From assembly GCA_028534125.1 (NCBI GenBank), contig CM052832.1, positions 10,666,001 through 10,730,000 of the forward strand: a DNA stretch of 64,000 nucleotides. The letters are read 5' to 3'. The stretch is from Lama glama. Lineage: Eukaryota. The notes beneath the pieces are model-generated. The model saw only the letters and a program-made list of their open reading frames with translations. It did not search any database and was not told the origin of the DNA. This document shows, one piece after another, positions 12,735-26,014 of this stretch (position 1 is its first letter; each line of letters starts with the position of its first letter). The position numbers and the translations under genes were made by a program.

Positions 12735-12985
12735 TGCCTCCCCCTTGCCCTCTGCTCCTCCCTGGGCATCCTTCCTTCTCCTTCCTTCCCTTTCCTTCTG
12801 GTTTACCTCTTACCTCCTCTCTCCTTCCCTCCCTCTTCCTCTCCTCTGCCTTCTCAGTATCCTCTCCCTTCCTCCCGTCTCACCACCTTCCTGATTACCC
12901 ATCCCTCTCCAACTGGGGGCCCCCTCTGTGCCTACTTCTCTCCTCCTGCTTTGTGTCCCCACTTCCTCCTGCCTCCACCACCAGA
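12735..12985. repeat. CT-rich low-complexity polypyrimidine tract
   Basis: About 250 bp almost entirely C/T on the plus strand. Confidence 0.85.
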
Positions 12986-13319
12986 CAGTAACCCACTTAA
13001 CATGCTCCTGGGGTTGCCCCGGTGCGCGAGTGTGGTAGATGGGGGAATACAAATCATTCAATCAATTTATTTCCAACGAAGGTGGCTTGTGCTCTCCGCC
13101 TTCTTGGCCGATGGCACGTGATTGCAGCCCCAAGCCTAACCCACGGTGCCTGGTTCTGCATTAGGAATGAGGGAGCTGTCTTCCGGGGGGCCACAGCACC
13201 CTGGTGCCATGCCCTGCCTGGTGACGCCACCTTCCTCTGTGCTCCCAAACCCCCAGAGCCTCCAACATGCACAGAGGACTAGGTTCCTTGCTACCTGGTC
13301 AGTTTCCTAAAGGAGAAAA

Positions 13320-13520
13320 TAATGTCACGTATGAAGCACTGACTGCCTGCGAGGCACCGTGCTGAGCGTTTTGCATGAATTAGTTCATTTGATCCCACGA
13401 CAATCCCACGAGGTAGGCTCTCTTATTACCCCCGATTTACAGTGCAGAAACCCTGGCTCAGAGGTGAGGGGTCAGTGGCTCCTAACTGGGAGAGCAGGAT
13501 TTGAGTTCCAACCACCAACT
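13320..13520 (-). mobile_element. MIR SINE
   Basis: aggcaccgtgctgagcgttttgcatgaattagttcatttgatccc..gaggtaggc..cagaaaccctggctcagaggtga..ggatttgagttc. Confidence 0.8.
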
Positions 13521-15019
13521 GGTGCGGCCTCCTTGGCAGCACTGTTCAGTTAACAGGTCTAACTTACTTGTCACAGCTGCAAAGGGCCCTGCCACCCACT
13601 TGCTCTACCCTCCTCATTGGAAAGATGTAGATTTAGGGTCCAAAGAGGGGAGGCAACATGCTTGAGGTCACCGTGGGGCCAGTACTGAGCTGGGACTTGC
13701 TGTTTCTGGCCAGTACCACGAGAATGCAGGTTACCCTCGGTTCCACGGGCACTGGGGCACGGGGACAGCTCTTCATCTGCCAAGAGGAGGGAAGGGGGCA
13801 GGTGGTCGTTGCTCACCCTCCTTTGAGCCTGGGCTGGTTTTCTTCCTTTCCCTCTGTCACAGGAGGGCACTGGGCACTGACCTCACGGAGCTCTCCAGCT
13901 CAGACGTTCTGGATCAGGGCTTTGGGACAGCCAGGTCTGGGCTCCCAGACTTTGGGGGCAAGGGCGTGTGGCCCTGTAGGAAACACTGGATTACAGATGA
14001 ATAGTTACTCAAATCCCTGGGGAAGTGCTCAGCCACAGGACCGCCAGGCCTGGGCTTTTTATGGCAGCTTCAAATTGACACTGAAAGTTTGTGCTAAATA
14101 GAAAAACAAGAGGTATGAAGACATCAGCCTCAGGTGGGACTTTCAGGTCTGACGTGAGTAGGGGCGGGCAAGATGCTGCAGACTGGTGGGTTGGGCAAGT
14201 CGCTGTGCTTGCTAGGAAGGAAGGACGGTTTGAGCTCAGACTGAGAGCTGTGTTCCCTCTCTCTCTCTGTCTCTCTCTCCCCTCTCCCCTGTCTCTCCTC
14301 TCTTCCTTCTCCCAGTGGGCCAGATTAGAAAAGCATTTCCAGGCTTGGGGAGGACTGGTGAATGCCCACCTGGGGTGAGAGCCCCTGGATGGCCCAGAGT
14401 CTCTGGGTGGGGCTGGTGGTGGTGGGTGGGGGTTGTCCATGCCAGTCCCTTGAAGGAAACTGGGGGCCAGGAAGGGACTAGGACAGGGTGAGCATGCCAG
14501 GCCTAAGTCCCCCTGTGGCTGATGAGCTGGGCATTTAGAACCTGGCCGCCGGCATTTGCTTCACTGAGGACAAGGAAGGAGCTGATGGTAGCCCGGCATT
14601 TCACAAGGGCAAGAAATGAAGAGAATGGGAGGAAGGCAAAACCCAGCTCGTGTCCCTTTTCAGCCCACCTCTAGGATGCCTGGCTCTTTGCTGATACAAA
14701 AGATACCCAAGCAAGGGAAGCCCCCAAAGCCTGCAGCTGCTTCCTGCTCAGGACTTGACCCATAATTATAATCCCTTTCCTTTGATTTTCTCTGCGGAAA
14801 CAGCAACATTCTGGCTAGGCTTTGAGCTGAAAAAAAGGCACCGTGCAGAGCTTAAGAGATTTATAAACACAGTGAAAGATCAGTCTTGTTTTCCCACAGC
14901 TTGTTTCCCTAGGTGAGTGGAAGGAGGAGGGGAGAGAGGACAGCGCAGCTAGGGTGGGGGGAGTCAGACGCAGGAGTAGGGAGGACACAGATGTGCAAGA
15001 CACCTGGGTGTGCATGGGC

Positions 15020-15315
15020 CAGAGCTGAATGGAAGCCGAGAATATGACTCAGCTGCCAAAAACCTAGCTAATTATCTCTGATGGCAATGAGAGAGGTACA
15101 TCCACACATAGGTGTGTGCGTAAGATGCAGGTGCCCCGGGCTTCGGTCCGAAGGCTTTATGGGACTGGTAATCAGAGAAACCAGATGAGAGGGACGATTA
15201 TGCCTCTGAGTTCTGTGCTGACGGGAGGGACGGAGTAAACCGGGGAGGTGCCCACCTGTTGGAGTGGGGACAGATGCTTAGTCTTTCCAACGTGCCTGCT
15301 GATATCTGAAGGATT
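15020..15315 (+). mobile_element. Possible L3/CR1 fragment
   Basis: ctgaatggaagcc..atatgactcagctgccaaaaa..gcta resembles L3 (ctgaatatgagcc..gtgtgatgcggctgccaaaaaagcta). Highly decayed. Confidence 0.4.
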
Positions 15316-18196
15316 AATTCAGAATATCCCAGCTTTGGGGGTGGCAGGGGCTCTGGAAGTCATCAGACCCAATCACTTACTCTGGAAACGGTTTGCTGCC
15401 CATTTTGCAGATAAGTCATAGAAGTGGCAGGGTAGGGGACCAGGAATTAGCACCCTGGTGTGTAGCCCCCTTTCACTTTGCAACCTTGCCTCTGTCTATA
15501 GGGTGCTTTTGTGTTAGATGCCTTAGGGGGAAATGTGGATATATGGCTTGGGGAATGACTGCTCCTTCTGCATCCACAGAGAACTAGGGAACTCCTTCCA
15601 GGCAGGGAGAGCAGCTGGGGGCACCCAGCCCTCTGCGGATGGGCTCAAGATAGGTGCCTGAGGGACCCACCAACCCGAGTTCTGGCAGAGCTGAGAGGGC
15701 CAGGGGTAAAAGGCGAGCTTCGCCAGTGGAAAAATGCAAGGCATGGTCAGAGTTGGGGGCAGGGCTGGATGTAGAGGAGATGATAAGGAGATCTTTTTAG
15801 CATCTTATTTCTCAACCCCCAGCCGTGCTCAGAGGCCAGGTGGTGCAGGTGTCCTGGTGGAGACTCAGGAAGCCACTGCTGCCTCAGAGCTGCTAGCTGA
15901 GGCCCTGGTGCTGGGCCTGGGGCTCAGTGCTCTGTACCTGTTTGCAAAGCCCTCTGCAAGTTTCCCTGGCTGCTGGGATGCTCTGAGTTGCCTCCCACCC
16001 ACCCACCCCCAGTTCCTTCCTCCTCCAAGCCAGCACTGCCTTGACTGCATCCTGAATGACCTCGCTGCTGCCGAGCCTCTCCGAGCCTCTCGGGGCTCAG
16101 ATTTCCTAATTGGAAAACTCTCGCAGCCTGCATCTCAGGAAAAAGCAATCACCCAGAGGCCTATGAAGCTCATGGAGGGTGTGTGGCCTTCCTCCTGGCA
16201 CAGTCCTCTCTCTCATCTTAGAATTGACGGGAGCACGCCTGCAGCAAGTGTCCAGGCCAAAGCAGCAGCCCACCTGGAAATGGCGAGTGTGTGTGTGAAC
16301 ATGTGTGCATGCATGCGTCTGGGTGAGCAGGTCTCTGTATGAGTGTCCATGTGAGCACAAGTCTGTGTGTGGTGGAGTCCCTACAGGTGGCTGGGACGGC
16401 CGTGGCACCCTGGGCGAGCCTCTCTGGGCACTTCAGACCCCTGCTGTGCCTCTCAGGCCAGGGGTGGGGTGGGGTAAGGGAAGTTGAGGCGTAAATGTGT
16501 CCTCAGGACAGCATGCCATCGCCACCAGCAAGCTGAGCTGCCCTCCAGTGAGGGAGGAAAGAAACGCAGTACTCTGCAGAAGGCGCAGCCTTGCTCTGTG
16601 TTTCCCTTTCATAATGAAAATACCATTACGTTTTCTGCTCTCAACAACATCGGCAGAGGCAGCTGGCAGCCCCTCGGGCAACATCCTTCTTCCCCACGCT
16701 GCCAGTCACAGCAGGTCCACAAAGAGAACCACATCATCCCAAACCTCCCTGGCTGTCTCCTCCTCCTCGGCCAGGGGACCTACCTGGAGGTGCCCTGGAG
16801 GGCGTAGGCGGACCCCAACTAAGGGTCTGTTGCTTTACAAAAGCTTGGGGTCCAGAGGGGAGCTTAGGTCCAAACTGTTCATTCTACAGATGCACCCCAG
16901 AGGAGGGAAGGGCTCACCCACAATCACCCCGCAGTCTCATGATCATCCACATGTACATAGCACTTATGGTGCCAGGGGCTTTTATGAACATTTCACTTGT
17001 AGTAATGCTAGCAGGCATGGGGTAGTATTTTCTCCAAGGAAACTGAGGCACAGTGTTCAAGCTTACACAGCTCGGGAGGGTAAAGTTGGTATTGAGACCC
17101 AAGTCAAATTCAGCATCTGTTCACTCAGTTGCTGTGCTTCACGGTCCGTGGCCACGCCAGGAGCATGACCCCGACTCCTGGTCTAGTTCTTTCCACACTG
17201 GGGAGATCTGCCAGATTTCAAGCATTACAGCATCTGTCCTCTCCTGGCATCTCACAACAGTACCAGAGATGGAGCAGGGAAAGGAGGAGTGAGATCATCC
17301 AGTCCTGGTCACAGGTGGCAAAACCAAATTAGGAATGGCTGTACCCACAGTAGGTAGGACAGGGGCCATTATCACAAATGAAGACCTTGGCTTCCCACAC
17401 CCATTTAATCCTCTCTACCCTACACTGGAATTGAAAGCTCCCTTTATTCTTTGCTCAAGACACAAAGACACACCCACCAACCATCCTGGGCTCCCAAGCA
17501 CCATGAGGCCCATGAATCCTGCGCCAGGGAAGGCAGATGCGGTCTCTTTGGGGCTGGGGAGAGGTCTGTGTGGGTGAGATTGTGCTTCCCTCGTGGACCC
17601 CTGAGTGGACGCTGCAGAGGGCAGTGATTCTGTTTGGTTCCTTGCTGTATTCAGAGCTCTTAGAACTGCACCTGCACGTAGTGGGTGTGCCCACGAGGTA
17701 CTTACTGAATGAATGAATGAATGAATTGGAACTGGAAGCTTCCCAGGGCTGCTGAGAGTGGCTGTTGCCCCCATCAGTGAGAAAGCCGTCTTTATTCCTC
17801 TATTCTCCAAACTGTTAGCATTGGCTACACCGAAACCTTGTCAGTGGCTGTCAGGGAAGAAACATCAAAATGATTAAAGTTGGGGAAACGGTACCTCTGG
17901 AGCAGTGTTGAAAGGATGAGAGTCAGTGACCCCCAGCCCCCACAAAAGGGAAGGCAACCTCAGCTCTGTTGGAGAAGGCTTGTGATATCTGTGTTAACAG
18001 CTGTTTATCAGCCTCTGCCCTCTGTTAGTCAGGTCTGGCCCCAGGGAGGGGGGTGAGGGAGAGAGAGGTCTCACTCTGCATGAGGGGGGAGGGGTTTGCG
18101 GTGGGGGGGAGGGGCGGGGTGAGTGTCAGGCTGTCAGGTGCCCTGTGTCCTTAGAGATGCAGGAGACTGGAGAGAGTCCAGACTCCCTCCCAACCA

Positions 18197-18404
18197 CAGG
18201 GGGCATGTATGGGGCAGGAACAGTGTGAGGTGCACCCCTCAGCTGCAGAATTTAAGGAGGTGCTACAGGTAATTGAGATGAATAATCTGTTAATGCACTA
18301 TTTCTAAAAAAAAAATAATGCAGACATTTGCGATGAACAAAAAAAGACAGGATCTGATTCTACGCTTGCACAGACTTACCTCGCCCCCCTCCCACTAGCC
18401 CCTG
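18197..18404. mobile_element. MER96-like hAT DNA transposon
   Basis: gcagaatttaaggaggtgc..gtaattgagatgaataatctgttaatgcactattt..taatgca..gatgaacaaaa..aagacaggatc, with caggg...ccctg termini. Confidence 0.55.
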
Positions 18405-18879
18405 TCTTGGGTCTGACGTAGAATGGTTATCACAGGAAAGGGGGACAGGGTGGGCGGGGCTGTCAAGAGGAGATGGCCTGGGTCGAGACAGGAGTGGTTG
18501 GGGATGGGGTAGGATGTGTCTTGGGAGGTGTCAACAGAGAGCTGTAATTTGGGGGAGGAGGTGATTGGGGTTGTGGTGACTGGGGTGTTAACCGTAAGAG
18601 GGTGTGAGTGTGAGAAGAGTGTAGTGGCCCATTTGCCTGGTGTTGGAAAGGAGGGAAAGAGGGCTCTGAGTGTGAATGTTTCTCTTAAACCAGCCAATCT
18701 CTAATTGGACCCATTGTGTTTATAGTAATTCACATTGGTGTGCAGGAATCCTGAGCTGGAGTGGGGTTAGCTTTCTCCTCTGGAATGAGCTGTCAGTGAA
18801 AGGAAGGAGGTGGGTAGCTTGGGGGCCTTGCAGAGGGGAGTGCAGAGCAGAGACCTGGGAGTAGGGGATGTGTGCTGGA

Positions 18880-19379
18880 NNNNNNNNNNNNNNNNNNNNN
18901 NNNNNNNNNNNNNNNNNNNNNNNNNNNNNNNNNNNNNNNNNNNNNNNNNNNNNNNNNNNNNNNNNNNNNNNNNNNNNNNNNNNNNNNNNNNNNNNNNNNN
19001 NNNNNNNNNNNNNNNNNNNNNNNNNNNNNNNNNNNNNNNNNNNNNNNNNNNNNNNNNNNNNNNNNNNNNNNNNNNNNNNNNNNNNNNNNNNNNNNNNNNN
19101 NNNNNNNNNNNNNNNNNNNNNNNNNNNNNNNNNNNNNNNNNNNNNNNNNNNNNNNNNNNNNNNNNNNNNNNNNNNNNNNNNNNNNNNNNNNNNNNNNNNN
19201 NNNNNNNNNNNNNNNNNNNNNNNNNNNNNNNNNNNNNNNNNNNNNNNNNNNNNNNNNNNNNNNNNNNNNNNNNNNNNNNNNNNNNNNNNNNNNNNNNNNN
19301 NNNNNNNNNNNNNNNNNNNNNNNNNNNNNNNNNNNNNNNNNNNNNNNNNNNNNNNNNNNNNNNNNNNNNNNNNNNNNNN
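18880..19379. other. Assembly gap, exactly 500 N
   Basis: Counted from the coordinates. Confidence 1.
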
Positions 19380-19934
19380 TGATCATTCAAATAATACCTA
19401 TGCTGGGAGAATTAAACAAGCTAGTCCATGTAAAGAAGCTAAAATAGTGCTTGGTGAATTCTAAGTGCTCAGTGAATTTGGCTATTCATCACATTAGTGT
19501 AATGATATTAGTACAATTATGCTGTGCTGTTCCCAAATCAACCTTGCCTTCTCTCTTCTTCTCATTCCTTCCTCAGTCCAGGTCATGCTGAGGTCTACAC
19601 CCTGGCTTCCGAATTCCCCTTCCTCCACAATGTGCTTCTTATGATTTAGCAACCCCATTTTCTGTGGGTGCAGTGCTTGTGTCCCCGTCAGGACATCAGG
19701 TCCCTTCACCCAGGGCATGCATCTGCCCTTTATTTTTTGTCCAAAGAAGGATATTTTGTCCTCTTCTCCCAGGTCATTTGGTGTAGGCTGGCTAACCTTA
19801 TGTGGTCCAGAAAGTTGTACCTTTGTTTGGTCAGGGTGACTGCAGTGGGTAGGGGGCTTTTTTTCCCCTATTGATAGTCAGAATTGACAGAAAAGATGAC
19901 TTAGGTGATCCCTTAAGGAAAAGGAAATCTCATC

Positions 19935-19981
19935 TGTGTGTGTGTGTGTGTATGTGTGTGTGCGCGTGTGCATGTGTGTGT
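19935..19981. repeat. (TG)n imperfect microsatellite
   Basis: Seen directly. Confidence 0.9.
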
Positions 19982-20429
19982 TTAAGAAAGCAGTAAAGTA
20001 GAAAACATCCCACTCATTTACTTTTTAGAGCAGGGAACAGATAAAAAAAAATTCAGTTGGTACAACAAATAATAGAAAATATATTTTGGTTCTGTAGTTT
20101 GTCCAGTTATGGGAAAGAGGAAGAAAGGGCAAGGGGATGGGAAAAAAGGAGAAAGATAAGGGAGAGGGGGGAGGGGAGAGAGAGAGCAAGCAAAACAGAG
20201 ACCCACCAAGTGAACCAAGAAAATGGGCACTGAGACATCCTAAGAAGCCCTAAGAAACATCCTCCTGAGACTCTGCCACTAAAGGCCTTTAAGTGTTCTG
20301 TTGCATTTTTACAACCATAGGCAGTCTGTCACCTCTTGGTACTTGACCCTCAGCCCAGGCAAATTAAGCCGAGGACTTGATTAAGCCTGAAGGCTGGAGG
20401 CCTCCATTACTGTCTGGCTGTTATTATTC

Positions 20430-20900
20430 TTGTGTTGTGCTCAGTACCCACCTGCCGGGCCTCAAGGCACAGAATTGACAGGGTTCCACCCTTAATGAGC
20501 TCCTGGCCCAGTTGGAGAGGCAGACGTGTAAATAACGATTATAATAAAAGTCAGGCTTCTATAATTACTATAATAAAAGTTCAGATACAGTGCACGGAGG
20601 AGAGATTAATTAATTCTGACTGGGAAATCCGTAACTGCTTTGTAGGGAATAACTGATGAGGCATTTTAGAGGAGGTGCAAGATTTCTGTAGACAGGATGG
20701 AGGCAGTGGGGGTGGGATGGATTTTGCATCAGACAACTCGGATTTAATCTCTAACTGTGCCACTTCCTAGCTGTGTGCTTTTGGGCGGGTGACTTAACCT
20801 CTCTGTGCCTGTTCTTTCATCTGTGAAATAGGAATCGCTGTCTATATCTCACAGGGCTATTGCATTAAGAGATGAGGCCTGTGACACTGTCTTGTGAAAT
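20430..20900. mobile_element. L2 fragment (minus, ~20430-20730) followed by MIR (plus, ~20730-20900)
   Basis: ccttaatgagctcctggcccagttggagaggcagacgtgtaaataacgattataata (L2). gccacttcctagctgtgtgcttttgggcgggtgacttaacctctctgtgcct (MIR). Confidence 0.7.
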
Positions 20901-22059
20901 ACCAACTGTTGAACAAAGGTGAGAAATAACACTGGGGGCCTGGTTGTCATAGGGTGACTGTGACCACCAGGTGCATTGCCATAATGTAAGAATACAAGCC
21001 TGGTGGCTGCACGGAGCTGGAGGCTGGGCAGCATGTGCAAACAGCAGTCCAGATTTCCTGGCCCTTGGGGACAAGAGGGTGTACAGCTGGCTAGGAGACC
21101 ATCTGAACAGAGGAGGGATCCTCTTTGGCCTTTCAAAAGCCAAAACTGGCCCCTTTGTGGGAGACAGGAATCTTTACGAACATGGGCAACTTGGATGCTT
21201 TGAGAAGTTGTGTTGGCTTCTGCCCTGTGGCAGCTGGGCACAAAGTACAAATCAGTCACATTAGGATAGTTGTGTCTCGCCCTGGCAATGGCCCCATCCA
21301 TCCCTCGCAGCTACTTGGGAGTGAACAAGGCAGTCTTAGTCCGTTCTCGAGGGGGCGTGATGAACTGCTATGAACTGGAGGTCCATCCCAGCCATCTCTG
21401 GGATCTGATGACCCCAAGTAGGACTAGACTTCTGGCTGCCTAAAACTGTCCCCAAGGCGGGAAGAATTTCAGGCAAAGAGGAAGGCACCTACCTGGCACA
21501 TGGTGGTTGTGCAGTAATACTTGGGTGACTTGATGGCTATGCAGTGGGAGTTCACTAGGGGAGCTACAGAGAATGAGATTGGAATCTGGCCCACCATTCT
21601 GGGTGGGGCCAGAATGAGAACTGGATCATTACATGTGTATTGAGCACGGAGATGTGGGCGGAGACACAGGCACCTACCCACCAGGTGTTCACAAGTTCCG
21701 GCATAGTGACTTTCCTTTGGCGGCTAGGGACCGTTGGGTTCTTGAGCAGAAGGTGGCTGTGATGGGTGTGGAGGACACCCTGCTGAGCATGGAGGATGGA
21801 GTGTAGGAGGGGGCCAAGTACAGTCTCATAAGGGAGGACCAGAATAGGTAATAACCCAGCCAGGAGAGAAGGAGGGCAGATTAAGGAGATGGCAGTGGGG
21901 TTGGAGAGGACAGTAGGGATTAAAAACCCATGTAGAAGTAGAACCAGCAGGGCTTGGGCCCATGGGAAGCAGCCTTGGAAACACAAAACTCGCACACAGA
22001 TTAGATAGCTGTAAATGCTCCCTGGAGGGGGGCGGGGAGGAGTCAAAAACAGCTCCAAG

Positions 22060-22713
22060 GGCAACTGAAATTCTCCTGTGCTGCTAGAGGGAGACTATGT
22101 CAGGACAGACGAAAACCGTTGGGCAGAATTGACTATAGAGCTGTCTCTGTGCAGTCTTTGACCGGGAGCTCCCTCCTAGATGTGCACGCAGCAGAACTGC
22201 ACGCATATGGATGTGCACGCAGCAGAACTGCACACATATGCCCCCAAAAGATGTGCACTTGGGCGCTCACAGCAGCACCCGTTATTCACAGTAGCCCCAG
22301 CCGGACACTGCCTAAATGCTGACCGGCAGAGGAGGGGAGACGTGACTCCAAGAGCGCTGCCCGGTAAAGCATGAGCAGTCTAAATCACCGCGCACTCTAA
22401 GTGACAATCTCGTGAACAAAGTCTCCTGAACATATGAAAAATGCCAGACATAAAAGAATACAAACCATAGGATCCCATTTTTATAAATTACAAAACAGAT
22501 GACGTATCTGTGGTGCTAGAGTCTGAACAACAGTCACCCATTTTAGGGAGGGGCTGGAAGGGGACACGAGGGGCTTCTAGGGGGGCTGGTTTTGTTCTGT
22601 TTCTTGATTTGAGTGCCAGTTACACATGTATGTTTATTTTGTGCAAATTCACTGAGTTTATAGTCTGTGAATTTCTTTGTATGCATCTCATATTTCCACA
22701 AACAACTTTTAAA
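22060..22713 (+). mobile_element. Old L1 (L1ME-like) 3' region
   Basis: cacagcagcac..ttcacagtagcccca..gccagacataaaagaataca..gttttgttctgtttcttgatttgagtgccagttacacatgtatgtt..aaattcactgag. Confidence 0.75.
22179..22240. repeat. Tandem duplication, 2 x 31 bp (1 mismatch)
   Basis: gatgtgcacgcagcagaactgcac(g/a)catatg twice. Confidence 0.95.
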
Positions 22714-22759
22714 AGGTATTCCTCTTCTCCATCTTCCCCAAAAAGGACTGAGGTTTGGA

Positions 22760-23110
22760 ACAACCAGGCAAACAGTGATGAGAGTAACCAAGGCCAGGAA
22801 CGCCAAAGGTAGCGGCAGAGGATGAAGAGGAAGAGAATTTGGTTTGGACTAGGCTGAGTTTAGGGTGCCTGTGGGGCAGAATGGGGAAGATGTGAACTGG
22901 GGACTCTCCCAGCAGGGAGAGGGGATGGAGGGCTGTCAGTCTGCGGTGTGTGGCAGTGGGGCAGGTCACCCAGGTGGAGAACAGACAGTGAGGAGAGAAG
23001 CCTGCAGAGAGTGGGCTGTGGGAACACCAGGGTTCAACGGCAGGCAGAGGGGGGAGATTCTCAAAGGCAGCCGGGAAGGGGTGGTCAGAAGGAAAGCATA
23101 AAACCCAGAA
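22760..23110 (-). mobile_element. L2 fragment
   Basis: tttggtttggactaggctgagtttagggtgcctgtgggg..gggaacaccagggttcaacgg..aaacccagaagagg. Confidence 0.6.
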
Positions 23111-23334
23111 GAGGCGGTGGGCTTCTTGGATAACGTGGTCCATGGGGTCACGTGTTGGCAGAGAGGCCAAGCCTCTTTGTCTTGACCATCAGCACCACCA
23201 CTGCTTCCTGTTTCCTCCCCCGCACTACTTGCCTCCAAGTCTTTTCCCTCATCATGAGCTACTTAGTTCAGTGACCCACCATCCCCCGCCACATTCTGAA
23301 CATCACTGCCCAGCCCCACTGACTTAGCCTGGGC

Positions 23335-23465
23335 CCTTTTTCATTTCTGGATCTGCTCCTGAGCCACAGCTCCCCTATCCTATGCCTCTGTAATCGATTG
23401 TTCCAACCCCAATGTGGAACTTTCCATTTATCTCTGTTAGACTTCACCTGTCTGTCTAAACCACA
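23335..23465 (-). mobile_element. L3/CR1 LINE fragment with residual RT C-terminal peptide
   Basis: ORF track 23268..23570(-) contains VKSNRDKWKVPHWGWNNRLQRHRIGELWL, close to the CR1-type MKFNRDKCKVLHLGxxNxLHKYRMGExWL. Confidence 0.75.
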
Positions 23466-23789
23466 GAGGAAAGTGGAGGAGGGTGAGGCTTGGATGTTTG
23501 GGTGGCCCAGGGTCCAGGGTCTGGGTGGGGCAGGCAGCTGGCATCTCAGAGAGAACTGTCTGTGCTTCACTTCCTTCTATATCACCTGCCCCTGGCCTGC
23601 CATCTTCCCAGGTTACAGCAGGCATGTTGCCTGATTCATTCCCCCATAGGGACCACATGTAAGGTCTAACCAGGGAAAGAGGGGAAGATATGCAATCAAG
23701 TGAAAAATTTATGCTTCAGTTGGGGTATTTGCAATGTGAAACTAGAAAGTTCAAACGAAAACAACCTTAAGAATCTCTCAAATTTGAAT

Positions 23790-24012
23790 AATAATAATGG
23801 CTACCATTTATCGAACCTTACTGTGTGTCAGCGTGCACATATGTGATCTAATTGAATTGTTACATCTCCCCTGTGGGGTGTGTGCAATGATTACTTTCAT
23901 TTTACGACTGGAGAAATTGAGGCACAGAGAGGTTCACTAACGTGCCTGGAGTCACTCAGCTAGTAAGTGACAGAACTGGGATTTGAACCTAGACAGCTCG
24001 GACTCTCCACCC
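23790..24012 (-). mobile_element. MIR SINE, well preserved
   Basis: aataatggctaccatttatcgaaccttactgtgtgtca..gaaattgaggcacagagaggtt..cagctagtaagtgacagaactgggatttgaacctag. Confidence 0.9.
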
Positions 24013-25419
24013 CCTTTCATGAAATATCACTAGTGATATGAACATAGGAAGCTGTGACAGAAACTCTACTTAATCTAAATCCATAGACAATCCTCAGGCC
24101 CTTTATTTTGGGTTTAAAATGCACAGCTTGATGGCTTGGCAACAAATTTATTTCCTTTTTATATTCCATTTGGTTTAAGCAGATATTAAGATGAGTTACA
24201 TTTCCCTTAAGCCCACATTGATCAACTGCAGGAAACAATGTGGATAGTACGGTAGGCAGCTTGGTGTACAAATTTAGGTGGACAATAAATATCACACTTT
24301 ATTTTACTTCCACTGCCATAAAACTGACCCTGAACCCTCACCTCACACCTCCTATTGGTGTGGAATTTCAGTTTCTGTCATGATGGAGACTTTTCAATCC
24401 TATTCAGCCCAGGGTTGTGCAAAGGGCCTGGGGTCCTTTGAAGTGCTGGCTGACCTCCCACCTCTTCTCAGTGCCTTCAGAGCTGCTCTGCTCTTCCTGC
24501 TCCCCTTTAGAACACCTCAGATAATTTACTTGCTAAGTTTATACCTTTTTTTTTTTTCCTAAAAAAAGGCAAAAAAGGCTGTGACCTTAAGCATCTTTTG
24601 TTTCCCATCCTGAGAACATTCCCGAGGCCTGGAAAACAGAAGAGGGGGGTAGGGAGAATCAAGAAAAATTAGCACGTGTGTGTCCTTGGGGAGGGCCCTG
24701 CCTGCTGTGGGAGCAGGAGCTGCCTGCGCAGTGCCTTCCCCAGACATGCAAATGAATTGAGCCCTGTCGATGTCCTGGGAGTGGTGGGAATAGGAATGCC
24801 GGTGTGACCAGCAGGAGTGACCATTCTAGGAGGCTTCCTAGAGAATCCATGGGGACATGGGGTGAGGATCAAACAGCCCAGAAGACTCTGCCGCTTGGAA
24901 GGGGGAAGGAAGGAGTATTAGCCACCCAGGGCCCCCAACCTCTGGAGAGAGCCGTGCCCCTGACTTTGACGGGGTTCCACCTGGGAACCCCCAGTACAGC
25001 AGCAGCAGGGAGACAAGGGGCATCTATTTCCCCCACAGAGGGCATCCCAGAGGAAAATATGGAAGACAGAAGCACGGGCTGCCAAAATCTGAGCGCTAGA
25101 GGGCTTTCGGGTCAGCTATTCCAGTCTCCTCCTCGTGTTAAAGAACAGGTCTGTCTTTAAGAGCTGTGGAAAGGTGTGCCTTCCCACTGGGTTCCTCTCT
25201 TGGGCCCAGATGCCCACAAAGGGTGCCTGCACATCCAGGAATTCTTCTGTTCAGCCTGGTCTCCCTAATGCAGCGGGGCAGCCCTACCTCACAAGCTGCC
25301 AGGGGAAGATAGGGCCAGAGTTGGGACCCATGATCTTAGAGTTTGAGGGTTGGCATTAAGAAATTAAAGCTCTCCTTTAAGATATCTCTTTTAGAAAAAA
25401 AAGAAAAACTGGAATATGA

Positions 25420-25640
25420 TGCAGGGACTCTTTGAACTCTGGCCCCAGAGAAAACTGGATTTGAATCTCTAACCAGCTGTCTGACCTTTGGCAAGTTTCT
25501 TAACCTCTCTGAGACCCTGTTTTCTCCTCTACAATTGGGAATAACAACGGCCACTTCATAGGACTATCTGCTTTTGTGTGTTTAAAGCACTTGCAGTTAG
25601 TGGCTGCATATTGTAGCTCTTAGAGTTATGGTTATTATTA
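25420..25640 (+). mobile_element. MIR SINE
   Basis: ctggatttgaatc..gacctttggcaagtttcttaacctctctgagaccctgttttctc..aattgggaataaca. Confidence 0.8.
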
Positions 25641-26014
25641 TGTCTGGTGGCAGGAGGTTCCTCGATCTCCTTTATCTGACCCAAATTACAAACTGAACTT
25701 GTCCTCAAATCTAGAATAGAACCATGTAGTTTCAAATGCCTTAGAGTGTTTTCATTTTAGTTATTTTAAAAGCAGCATTATTCAATGATCATTAATGGGT
25801 AGAATAATTTATATCAGATGATTTTCAAACGCCTCTCAAGTATAATATGGTACCTTTCTCCTTAATCACTTACACACTCATCATATCTCTAGCCAGGCAT
25901 GTATCTGTTCTCTTTCTAAATGATCTGGAATCTAGCCTTCTATTCTTCTTTCAGATTGGCTTCTTTTCATCCTTAGTGGCTCAGGCCTTTCCTTTCCAGA
26001 ACTAGAGACTCGGG

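Noticed and set aside
14885..14920. cag|cttgtttccctag|gtgagt possible micro-exon or donor
   Set aside because: 13 nt, not frame-preserving, no partner exons identifiable
18372..18385. Perfect minus-strand donor GAG|GTAAGT
   Set aside because: Lies inside a MER96-like transposon end with no matching acceptor
18767..19464. Long ORFs spanning the first N gap (also 35800-36438 at the second)
   Set aside because: Artefacts of translating N runs
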